NCBI RefSeq assembly: GCF_018350175.1
Contig: NC_058368.1
Span: forward strand, 15,874,001 to 15,938,000
Direction of reading: 5' to 3'
Length of the DNA stretch: 64,000 bases
From: Felis catus
Lineage: Eukaryota
Below the pieces are notes generated by a model, which was not told where the DNA came from, did not search any database, and saw only the letters and a list, made by a program, of their open reading frames with translations. The stretch's first letter is position 1. Each line of letters starts with the position of its first letter. This document shows, piece by piece, positions 1 through 10,890 of this stretch. The position numbers were made by a program, and so were the translations under genes.

Positions 1-1098
1 CTTTTCTATTTTTTTAAATGTTTAAAGAGGATTTAGAAATTAACTGCATTTCTATTTGACCTGAACTGTATACAACATTTTTAACTTTCAGCCTCTACTC
101 TTCTTGGCTAGAGTTTAATATATTTTCTAATCCAACATTTATGGGTTTAGTTGAGCAATCTCTCTTGGCATGTATTTAGGTCAGTTATTTATTCACAAAA
201 ATGAAGTCACTGCCATATGGAAGTATTTAGTGTAGTTTTTAACTAATACATTGAAACAATGAAACCTAGAAAGCATTTTTATCAAGTTAAAATATTCAAC
301 CACAAAGGTTTCTTCTTTTCACTTTTATCATAAAATTGCTCCTAGGAATTGTGCTATAGTATAAAATTTGCTTTTTCAAAATTTGCTTTTTGGAGATTTT
401 ATTTTTAAAAATGAAAAAAAAATCAATCTTTGATAGGGTGGACCCCACACAAGATAGTGACTCAACTAGACTTTTTAAAAAACCTAGAAGAGGATCAACT
501 TAAAGAGTGGAGGAGAGAGATTAGAGGTGGTAGATGAGGAGGAAGAGGAGGTACTGAGTGGTGAGGAGAGATGGTGAGGAGTCTGGATTGAATACAGTGG
601 CAGTGGATCTGGGAATACATGTTAACACATTATTAGGAGCCCCATGATAAAGTGTGACTGAGGACTATTTTAGCCAGATCCATGAAAGCCAAATGGTTTT
701 AACCTGGGACTGTGAAAACAAAGTCAGCATCAGATTCAAGAGGCTCTGTGAACCTCTTGAAAAGAAGCAATGAATTATGATAGTAGATCAAAGATAGTTG
801 GTAAAGGAGAAAGGGACAGTTTGATAGAAATGGGGAAATTTGGAAGGGATGCGTATAGGTTGTGATAGGTAATATGTTAAGCCTTACTATTGGTCTCAGG
901 CTGCTGACAATAATACCCAGTAGGTTTTGTGTATATTTCATGGCCTAATCATGAAAGAATAAGATGGATCATGTTAACAAACCCAAGGTGGCTTTACCTC
1001 TATATTAGGACCAGACCAGTCACTGCATATCTGTGTGGCCACACCTCTTCCCAAGTTACTTGAAGGCAGCATAGTGTTTAAAAATGTTGACTACTTGA

Positions 1099-1320
1099 GG
1101 GGCTTCAGGGTGGCTCAGTCAGTTAAGCGCCCAACTTTGGCTCAGGTCGTGGCTCAGGTCATGCTGTCATGGTTCGTCAGTTTGAGCTCATGTTGGGCTC
1201 TGTGCTGAGAGCTCGGAGCCTGGAGCCTGATTCGGATTCTGTGTCTCCCTCTCTCTCTGCCCCTCCACCGCTCACACTCTGTTACTCTACTTTCTCTCTC
1301 AAAAATAAATAAACATTAAA
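1099..1320 (+). mobile_element. CanSINE (SINEC_Fc-like)
   Basis: tRNA-derived head (tggctcagtcagttaagc), CT-rich body, aaaataaataaacattaaa tail; TSD aaaatgttgacta on both sides; internal 12-bp duplication of ggctcaggtc. Confidence 0.95.
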
Positions 1321-1479
1321 AAAATGTTGACTAATTGGAAATCTTAGCACAGTTATTTAGCTAGTTGAGGTTAAAAAAAAAGAGGGAAAAGAAAGAACAT
1401 AATTCTTGTGCCACTGTAAAGTATATAATTGTACTAAAAAGTAACTATGGAGTTATTGTATGACAATGGAGATAAATTG

Positions 1480-1660
1480 GTCAGGATTCTTTTCCTTACA
1501 AGTGATACAAACCTAACTTGAACCAGCTTAGGCAATAGAAGAATATTTATTGGTTCACATAACAGAAAAGTACAGGAGTTTACTGCTTTAGGCATGGCTG
1601 TCTCCAGGTGCTTAAATGATGTTATCAGGTATCTGTTTCTTTTTTTCATCACTTGGCTCT
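1480..1660 (-). mobile_element. Old MaLR LTR (MLT1J/K/L-like), left part, split by L1
   Basis: caagtgatacaaacctaacttgaaccagctta...tttattggttcacataac...aaatgatgttatcagg resembles old MLT1 consensus; appears to resume at ~6490-6860. Confidence 0.6.
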
Positions 1661-3200
1661 ATTCTTTTTTTTTTCTGTTTTCTTTTTTACAATAATTTTT
1701 TATTGAGGTAAAATTGGTATTTCACATCATATTAGTTTCAGGTATACAACATACTATTTTGGTATTTGTTTTTACTACACAGTGATCACCACAATAAGTC
1801 TAGTTATCATCTGTCACTATACAGTAATCCCTTTCACTCCTTTTGCCCACCTCCCAACCCCCTTTCCCTCTGACAATTATAAATCTGTTATCTCTATGAG
1901 TTTTGATTTGTTTTACTTTGTTTTGTTTTTTATTACACGTATAAGTGAAATTATAATGGTATCTGTCTTTTTCTGTCTGGCTTATTTTACTTAGCGTAAT
2001 ACCCTCACGCTCCATCCATGTTGTCACAAATGGCAAGACCACTTCTGTTTTTATGGCTGACTAGTATTCCATTGTGTATATATATCACAACTTCTTTATC
2101 CATTTATCTATTGATGAACACATAGGTTGTTTCCATATCATGGCTATTGTAACTAATACTTCAATAAACATAGGGGAACATATATTATTTTTCAATTAGT
2201 GTTTCTGTTTTCTTCAGATAAATACCCAGAAGCAGAATAGCTGGACCATATGGTAGTTCTATTTTTAATTTTTTGAAGAACCTTTATACTGTTTTCCATA
2301 GTGGATGAACTAATTTTCATTCCTGCTAACAGTGTGTGAGGGTTCTCTTTTCTCCATATCGTCAACACTTGTTTTTGATTTTAGCCATTCTCACAGGTGT
2401 GAGTTGATATCTCATTGTGGTTTTTATTTGCATTCCCCTGATGATTAGTGACGTTGAGCATCGTTTCATATGCCTGTTGTCCATCTGTATGTCTTCTTTG
2501 GCAAAATGCCTCTGCCCATTCAATCCTCTGCCCATTTTTAAAAAAGTTTTTATTTTAATCACCAGGTACTTATTGCAACAAGTGTGCTCCTTAATCCCCA
2601 TCACCTATTTCACCCATCGCCCCCTCCTTCCCTCTGGTAACCATCAGTTCTCTATAGCTAAGAGTCTGTTTCTTGGTTTGTCTATCTCTTTCTTTTTTTC
2701 CCCCTTTGCTCATTTGTTTTGTTTCCTAAATTCCACATATGAGTGAAATCATATCGTATTTGTCTTTCTCTGACTGATTTATTTCACTTAGCATTAAACT
2801 TTCTAGCTTCATCTGTGTTGTTGCAAATGGCAAGGCTTCTTTCTTTTTATGGCTGAATAATATTCCATTGTATCTATATACCACATTTCCTTTATCCCTT
2901 TATCAATCAATGGGCATATAGGCTGTTTCCATATCTTGACTATTGTAAATAATGCTGCTGTAAACATACGGGTGCATGTCTCCCTTTGAATTAGCGTTTT
3001 TGTATTCTTTGGGTAAATGCCCAGTAGTGCAATTGCTGGATCATAGAGTAGTTCTATTTTTAACTTTTTGAGGAATCTCCATGACTGTTTTCCAGAGTGA
3101 CTGTGCTAGTTTGCATTCCCACCAACAATACATGAGTGTTCTTTTTTCTCCATCTCCTCGCCAGTACCTGATGTCTCCTCTGTTTTTATTTTAGCAATTC

Positions 3201-3412
3201 TTTTTTTTTAATGTTTATTTATTTTTGAGACAGAGAGAGACAGAGCACAAGTGGGGGAGAGGCACAGAGAGAGAGAGACACAGAATCTGAAGCAGGCTCC
3301 AGGCTCTGAACTGCCAGCACAGAGCCTGATGTGGGGCTCGGAACTCACAAACCATGAGATCGTGACCTGAGCAGAGTCAGCTGCTCAACTGACTGAGCCA
3401 CCCAAGTGCCCC
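3201..3412 (-). mobile_element. CanSINE
   Basis: Reverse SINEC body; TSD attttagcaattct. Confidence 0.95.
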
Positions 3413-3577
3413 ATGATTTTAGCAATTCTGAAATGTGTGAGGTGATATCTCATTGTAGTTTTCATTTGCATTTCTCTGATGATAAGAAATAATGAGCATC
3501 TTTTTATGTGTCTGCTGGTCATCTGGATGTTTTCTTTGGAGAAATGTGTGTTCATGTCTTCTGCCAATTAAAAAAAA

Positions 3578-3579
3578 GT

Positions 3580-3618
<39 letters not shown>

Positions 3619-3799
3619 TTTCAAGAGAGAGAGAATAAAAGTTGGGGGAGGGGAAGAGAGAGAATAGAGAGAGAACCCCAAGCAGGCTCTGCAGTATCAG
3701 AGTGAAACCTAATGTGGGGCTTGATCTCACAAACCATGACATGACCTGAGCTGAAATCAAGAGTTGGGCACTTAACTGACTGAGCCACCCAGGCACCCC
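3578..3799 (-). mobile_element. CanSINE with (TTTA)n tail
   Basis: Reverse SINEC body; degenerate TSD ttctgccaatt/ttctgtccatt. Confidence 0.93.
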
Positions 3800-3900
3800 T
3801 TCTGTCCATTTTTAATTAGATTATTTGTTTTTTGGGTGTTGAGTTGTGTAATTTCTTTATATATTTTGGATACTAACCCTTTCTCTGCCCATTTTTTAAA

Positions 3901-4347
3901 TTTTTTTTTAACATTTATTTATTTACAAAAAAAATTTTTTTTAACGTTTTATTTATTTTTGAGACAGAAAGAGACACAGCATGAACGGGGGAGGGGCAGA
4001 GAGAGAGGGAGGCACAGAATCGGAAGCAGGCTCCAGGCTCTGAGCCATCAGCCCAGAGCCCGACGCGGGGCTCGAACTCGCAGACCACGAGATCGTGACC
4101 TGGCTGAAGTTGGAGCTCAACTGACTGCGCCACCCAGGCGCCCCAACATTTATTTATTTTTGAGACAGAGAGAGACAGAGCATGAACAGGGGAGGGGCAG
4201 AGAGAGAGGGAGACACAGAATCTGAAACAGGCTCTAGGCTCTGAGCTGTCAGCACAGAGCTCGACGCGGGGCTCGAACTCACGGACTGTGAGATCATGAC
4301 CTGAGCTGAAGTCGGACGCTTAACCGACCAAGCCACCCAGGCGCCCC
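3901..4347 (-). mobile_element. CanSINE with a younger CanSINE (3925-4144) inserted in its tail
   Basis: Outer TSD tctctgcccattttttaaa (3882, 4348); inner TSD aacatttatttattt (3910, 4145). Confidence 0.95.
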
Positions 4348-4404
4348 TCTCTGCCCATTTTTTAAATTGGATTTTGTTGTTGTTGTTATTGAGTTGCATG
4401 AGTT

Positions 4405-4632
4405 TTTTGTTTGCTTTTTGTTGTTTCATTTTTAAATTTAAATTCCAGTTAGTTAACATACAGTGTAATATTAGTTTCAGGTGTAGAGTTTAGTGATTCA
4501 TCAGTTACATACAACACCATCCCGTGCTCATCACAAGTACCCTCCTTAATACTCATCACCTGTTTAGCCCAGCCCCCTACCCACCTCCCCTCCACCAACT
4601 CTGTTCTCTATAGTTAAGAGTCTGTTTTATGA
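4405..4632 (-). mobile_element. Short L1 3'UTR insertion
   Basis: ttccagttagttaacatacagtgtaatattagtttcagg L1 3' terminus; flanked by atgagtt. Confidence 0.8.
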
Positions 4633-5129
4633 AGTATGAGTTCTTTATATACTTTGGATATTAGTCCCTTATCAGATGTATGATTTAAACATATTTTCTC
4701 CCATTCAGAACTTTGCCTTTTTATTCTATTGATGGTTTTGCTGTGCATAAACCTTGTAGCTTAGTGTAGTCCCATTTGTTTATTTTAGCTTACATTGACA
4801 TTGCCTTTACAGTCAGATCCAAAAAAATATTGTTAAGAGTGATGCCAAGGAACTTACTGCTGATGTTTTCTTCTAGGATTTGTATGGTTTCAGGTCTTAC
4901 ATTCAAATATTTAATCCATTTTGAATAAATTTGGGTGCAGTGTAAGATAGTGGTCCAGTTTCATTCTTTTGCATGTGACTGTCCAGTTTTTCTAGCATCA
5001 TTTATTGAAGAGACTGTCTTTTCCCCATTGCATAGTCTTGTCTCCTTTGTTGTAAATTAATCGACCATATATGTGTGGATTTATTTCTGAGTTCTCTGTT
5101 GTGTTCCATTTATCTATGTATCTGTTTTT

Positions 5130-5357
5130 TAAAAAATATCTATCATCTATCTATCTATCTATCTATCTATCATCTATTTTTGAGAGAGAGAGTGTGCACA
5201 CAAGTAGGGGCGTTGCAGAGGGAGAGAGAGAGAAAAGCTTAATTATGCTCCATACCCAACATGGAGCTCAACGTGGTGCTAGATTTCACAACTGTGAAAT
5301 CAAGAACTGAGCCAAACTCAAGTCAGATGGTTAACCAACCGAGCCACCCACATGCTC
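5130..5357 (-). mobile_element. Older CanSINE with (TCTA)n in tail
   Basis: Diverged SINEC body; TSD ctatgt(a/g)tctgttttt. Confidence 0.9.
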
Positions 5358-6489
5358 CTATGTGTCTGTTTTTATGCCAATACCATACTGTTTTGATTAC
5401 TGTATCTTTGTAGTATAGTTTGAAATCAGGGAACATCATGCCTCCAGCTTTGTTCTTTCTCAAGGTTTCTTTGGCTACTATTTGCTGTCTTTTATGATTC
5501 CATAAAGATTTATAATTATTTGTTTTAGTTCTGTGAAAAATTCCATTGGAATTTTGATAGAGATTGCACTGAATCTATAATTGCTTTGGGTAGTATGGAC
5601 ATTTTCACAGTATGAATTCTTCTAATCCATGAGAATAGAGTATCTTTCTGTTTGTGGTTACTTTCATCAATGTTTCATAATTTCTTTCATCAATGTTTTA
5701 ATATTTTCCAGTGTATAGGTCTTTCACTTCCTTGGTTAGATTTATTCCTATGTATTTTATTCTTTTTGATGCCATTGTAAATGGCATTGTTTTCTTAATT
5801 TCTCTTTCTGATATTTCGTTATTAGCATATACAAATGCAAACAATTTCTGTATATTGGTTTTGTACCCTGCAATTTTACTGAATTCATTTATTCCAGTAG
5901 TTTTTTGGTGGAGTCTTTACAGTTTTATAAATATAGAATCATATCATCTGCAAATAATGACTGTTTTACCTCTTTCTTTCCTATCTGGATGCTTTTTGTT
6001 TCTTCTTCTTGCCTACTTTCCACGGTAGGACTTCCAGTACTATACTGAATAAAAGTGGTGAGAGCGGGCATCTGTGTCTTGTTCCTGATTAGAGGAAAAG
6101 CTTTCACCTTTTCACAATTGAGTGTGATATTTACTGTGGGTTTTTCATATGTGGCCTATTATGTTGAGCTGTGTTCCCTCTATTACCAATTTTTTGAGAA
6201 TTTTATCATAAGTGGATGTTGCATTTTTTCAAATGCTTTTTCATAATCTATTGAGATGATCTTACGACTTTTATATTTCATTTTGTTAATGTGATATATC
6301 ACATTGATTGACTTGTGGATGTTGAACCATCCTCGAACCCCTGGAATAAAACTCACTTGATCATGGTGTATGATCCTTTTAATGTAAAATCTCACCTGAT
6401 CATGGTGTATGATCCTTTCAATGTCTTGTCGAATTTGGTTTGCTAATATTTTGTTGAAGAATTTTGCATTTATGTTCATCAGGGACTAT

Positions 6490-6860
6490 TTTCTTTTGGC
6501 TTAATTTCTATGTCAGGTTCTCTTTCAAATTGTAGGAAATACGGTCCCTAATATATTCAGACCCAAGTGATCCTTAAATCTCTAGTATACTCTCTGCTTT
6601 CTTTTGCATCCATATTAATCTCTGAAAAAAAAAAAAGACTCTGAGTTTTCTTCCTTGGTATAGGTGCTTACCCTGGACTAATCAACCATCCATTGAGTCT
6701 GGGGAAATAGGATACTCTGTCTGGCAAGCTTGGATCTTGTGGCTATTTTTTGGGGGTGAAAGTGACGAGGCCTGATTATTGACAGCCCCACAGGAATCAC
6801 ATGGAATGGAGTATGTAGGGCCTCTGAAAGGAAAGAATGTTAGGCTGAAATTAACCAGAA
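6490..6860 (-). mobile_element. Old MaLR LTR, right part
   Basis: ggtgcttaccctggactaatcaacc...ggatactctgtctggcaagcttggatc resembles continuation of MLT1J/K. Confidence 0.45.
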
Positions 6861-8112
6861 GAGGGCTTAATAGTCTTAAAAGCAATTTAACAAAATAATA
6901 TTGGTATTTGGGAGATTGGGAAGGAGAGAAACCTAATAAATGCTCATCAATTACAAAGGGATTTGGGAAAAACCAGAATAATTCAGGACTGAGTCAAAGC
7001 TTAAGGAAAGAAAAAGCCTAGCTAGATAATTTCTGGACAATGCTCAGGGATCTATGGATATACTAGCAGTTTAGAATGGCTTTAAAGTTATTAGTAGTTT
7101 GATCTGTTGTTACAAGACTTAGGCCTGACTCTCAAAAACAAAAATCTAGCCAAGCTAGGAATAGGGATTTATCTTTCTTACTTGTGTGTAGCATCAGGCA
7201 GGTCTGTGTTGAATGGGACAGAACTTTTGAGTTCATATAAGCAATAGTGATGCAGCAGATGATACGTCTTGTAGAGACAAATTCAAGTTCTAGGGAGAAA
7301 GGAAGGGACTTGTAGAATAAAAGGTACCCTGGGTTTGGGAAGTCAGAGAGAGAGTAAGAATGGGGCTAACAACATTATAAGTGAATCTGGACACTAAGGC
7401 AGAGGCAGTTTGCTTTCTTTCTATAGATTCTCACTTTTGCTGAGTCTTTCAACTTGGTCAGCAGTTAAACAGACTCCAGGCTCCTTTCCAGACTCACTAC
7501 TGAGTCAGGGTTTCTGAGCAGGGGCATGGGAATCTGAATTTTTACAAGTGCCAGCCAAGCCTAAGTTGCTTTAAGGCCCATGGCCATAGGGAAGATAAGG
7601 ACATTCAGTTCACATTGACTTTTAGGAAATGTATGGGTCGAATGACACAAGTCTGACTAGAAAATGGAACTATTTAACAAAGATATTATAAGCTCTGCTA
7701 CTACAGTATCTTTCCCAGTCTCCTTCTAGTTTTGTCCCCTCTATCACATGACAGCACCCATTTCATTAAATACCAAGGTAAGAGGGAAAATTGTGGAACT
7801 TATTTTCTGACTGATGTCCCAAAGTTCCTAGCACCATTCCAGGCTTTCCAATATCAAGTTTAACAGAATGCTTTTGAAGATTTCTTCTCATATTAGTTTT
7901 ATAAATTAGAGGACTGGATTCTTACCATATAGCTATTGACCTGAAGGTGTGTGTAGAGTGAGGAATGCAAAAGTAAAAATACTCTTAAACCATTTTAGGA
8001 TTCAAGGCAAAAGAGAACAATCATTGCAGAGAATTTGTGCCAATTCAAGGCTCTAAGGAGATAATGGTAAACTTGGGCTTTCAACACAAAGAAATATTTG
8101 AAAATTTCCTAT

Positions 8113-8493
8113 TGTGATGGTTAATTTTATTTGCCAACTTGGCTGGACTAGATATTTGGTCAAACATTGTTCTGGGTGTTTGTATGGAGGTGTTTTTGGA
8201 TGGGATTAATATTTAAATCTTTGGATTTTGAGTAAAGCAGATTGCCTTCCATATGTGGTTGGGCTTCATCCAATCAGTTGAAGGCCTGAAGAGAACCAAG
8301 ACTGATCTTCTTCAAGCAAGAAGGAAACTAACTACCTTTGGACTTTAACTGAAGCTCTTCCCTGGGATCACTGGCTTGCTGGCCTACTCTAAAGATTTTG
8401 GTTTTGTCAAGCCTCCATAATCACATGAACCAATTCCTTAAAATAAATCATCTATATCTATATATAAACACACACATACATATATATATAGGT

Positions 8494-8527
<34 letters not shown>

Positions 8528-8562
8528 CCTATTGGTTTGGTTTCTCTGGAAACCCTAATACA
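8113..8562 (+). mobile_element. ERVL solo LTR (MLT2-like) with (CA)n
   Basis: tgtgatggttaattttat...aaccctaataca, TG...CA ends, 5-bp TSD cctat/tctat. Confidence 0.9.
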
Positions 8563-9164
8563 TCTATCAATGTACTTAATTATTTCCAGTTTTGGTTGAA
8601 TGCTAGGATTTGCAGAATCAAGACTAATAACCTCAAATCCTTAATTCTCTGTCCTTTCCCTGCAATACTGAAACTAGAGCTAACTAAGGACCATCCTTAA
8701 TGACCTGTTTTTGGTGTTCTTCCCAATGTGCCATGGTGTCCTGGTAGACTGTGAATGAGATACAGATGTGTCCCCAGACAGTGAACCCCACAGTCCTCAG
8801 TGTGGTAAGGTGGAACCTGCCCTATCAGGAACCTCTAGTAGTCACCCCCAGCAGTAAACCCCGGGCCAGAGTTCTTCCAGGACCTTCATGAGCCAACTGT
8901 ACTCTGGTAGCCTCTCCCATGGTCCCTGAAGGTTCTAATGGGATGGATATCATCTGACATTTGCTTCTTCATCAGGGAGGCCCTTTACTTTTTGGACATT
9001 ACTTTAGCAGCCAGTTGCAAAATACACTCCTTCCCTGTCAAAGATAGGGAGCAAGTGAAACTTCTGAAGGAAGCTTAATGGTGTTTCTTCCAAGTATGGA
9101 ACTGATAGGGGTCAGAAATTCAGGATGCACAGAGGCAGCCTAGTGATACAGCCCAGCCATTCTG

Positions 9165-9640
9165 TGTGATAGGCGGCTTCTGAAACTTCTGAAATGGCTC
9201 CCGATGATCCCCACTTCCTGTTCTTCTTGTGTAATACCTTCCCCTTGGATATGGGCTGGTTATAGTGATATGTTTTTCACGATGACAATACTACAAAAGT
9301 GATGGATGTCACTTATGAGATTAGGTTATAAAACACTGTGACTTCCATCTAGCTGTCATCTATATTCTTTGCTCTCTCTGATGAAGCCAGCCAAAATGTT
9401 GTGAGCTGTCCTATGGAGAGGCCCACATGGCAAGGAACTGAGAGAGGCCTAGGCCAGCAGCTCATGAGGAACCAAATACTGTTCAAAACTACATGTATGA
9501 ACTTGGGTGTTTCTTCGGGTCAGCCTCAGTTGATTGCAGCCCTAACACCCACCTTGATTGGAGCCTTGTGAGAGACCAAAGCCAGAGAAAACAGTGCAGT
9601 TTCCTGACCCACAGAAATAGATGCAGGAATAAATATCTGT
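9165..9640 (+). mobile_element. MaLR LTR (MLT1F-like)
   Basis: atggctcccgatgatcccc...gatgtcacttatgagattaggttataaa...ggagaggcccacatggcaaggaactgag. Confidence 0.8.
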
Positions 9641-9849
9641 TACACTGGAAAAGTGACTCATCAATCCCAGGAAGCTGGAACTTTGGGAATCCCAGTGGAA
9701 TTGGTAGGCCATGGTCATAGAAGGAATAGCTGCAGGATAGCTGAGAATAAAAAAGAAGCTGAGAATTTAGTGATTGCCTCAAGAGACCCTGAGGAGGTGC
9801 ATAAAATGTATCTGATACATAGGCCAAATCTTACATTCTCAGAGTCTTT

Positions 9850-10050
9850 GCAGTATGGTGAAAAGGATCTGACCAGATCCTATGGTCAGAAAGAAGTAAT
9901 AAGTTCAGATCCCAGCTCTGTCGTGAGTTACTTAATTTGTCTTAACCTCAGTTTTTTTCTTAGTGAGGTGGAAATAATAACACCTCCTCTTTAGGGGATT
10001 GGCTGAGCTGCACGTGTAGCACTGTGCCTGACACAAGTGGTTCACAGCAA
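9850..10050 (+). mobile_element. MIR
   Basis: cccagctctg...cctcagtttt...agcactgtgcctgacaca core. Confidence 0.7.
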
Positions 10051-10673
10051 TTGTCTTTAATCATGTAGATTATAGACTGTGTAATGTTTGGTGACTTGAA
10101 CAATTTCTCCTTGTTGAATTTTTTTCCAGTCAGCCTTATCTCATTTATGTTCCTAAGACACCAGGGTTTTTTCTCTTCCAATCTTCCTGGCTATCCTTTA
10201 CCTTTGCTGGTTTCTGTTTCACCACCTGCTCCTTTATTGTTTGTTTTCTCCAGTATTCCATCATTAGCCATAATTTTCCTGAGCAATATTAACACTAGGG
10301 GAAATATTCTTTACTATTGTCAAGTTCATTCTGGTCATAAATAAGAGCTTCCACTAATACTTTCATCCATTTAGAAGCACTCATTGGGAATAAGCTTTCA
10401 TTGTTCTCCACACCTCTAATCTGCTCTTCTGCCCAGGAGTGGGAGTGACCACTTTTGGGTGAGATTGGGAAAAGGAGTTCAGTGTATAGCCTAGCTTCTG
10501 GTTTTCCAGAGTTATCTCTCTCTTTCCTTCCTACCTCTTTCTCTTCCTCTTCCTCTTCTGTCCCCAGATCTTTTGTTGGTCTTCTCTTTTTGAAGGTAAG
10601 CACATCAGACAAGCCTGGAATCGTCCAAATTAGGCAGGTTAAGTTCAATCATGTTTAAAATTAAAGAAATACA

Positions 10674-10890
10674 GGGGCACCTGGGTGGCTCAGTCAGTTG
10701 AGTGTCCAACTTTGGCTCAGGTCATGATCTCACAGCTCAAGACTTCAAGCCCCATGTTGGGCTCTGTGCTGACAGCTCAGAGCCTGGAGCCTGCTTCATA
10801 TTCTGTGTCTCCCTCTCTCTCTGTTCCCTGCCCCTGCCTGCTCACACTCTGTCTCTCCTTCAAAAATAAATAAACATTAAAAAAACTTTT
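10674..10890 (+). mobile_element. CanSINE
   Basis: ggggcacctgggtggctcagtc head; TSD aaagaaatacag. Confidence 0.95.

Larger units (their letters stand above)
2541..3881 (-). mobile_element. Nested L1 3' end inside older L1
   Basis: Second L1 3'UTR and ORF2 C-terminus; flanked by ctctgcccattttt (2526 and 3883). Confidence 0.85.
1665..6485 (-). mobile_element. 5'-truncated LINE-1 (3'UTR plus ORF2 remnant) with nested L1s and SINEs
   Basis: Poly-T tail at left; ORF2 fragments [20 protein letters not shown]...[17 protein letters not shown]...IIHHDQV. Confidence 0.95.

Noticed and set aside
1099..1200. tRNA-like A/B boxes in SINE heads throughout the window
   Set aside because: tRNA-derived SINE promoters, no cloverleaf tRNA genes
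3836..4459. 100-130 aa ORFs here and at 41055, 42414, 53180
   Set aside because: CanSINE read-through frames
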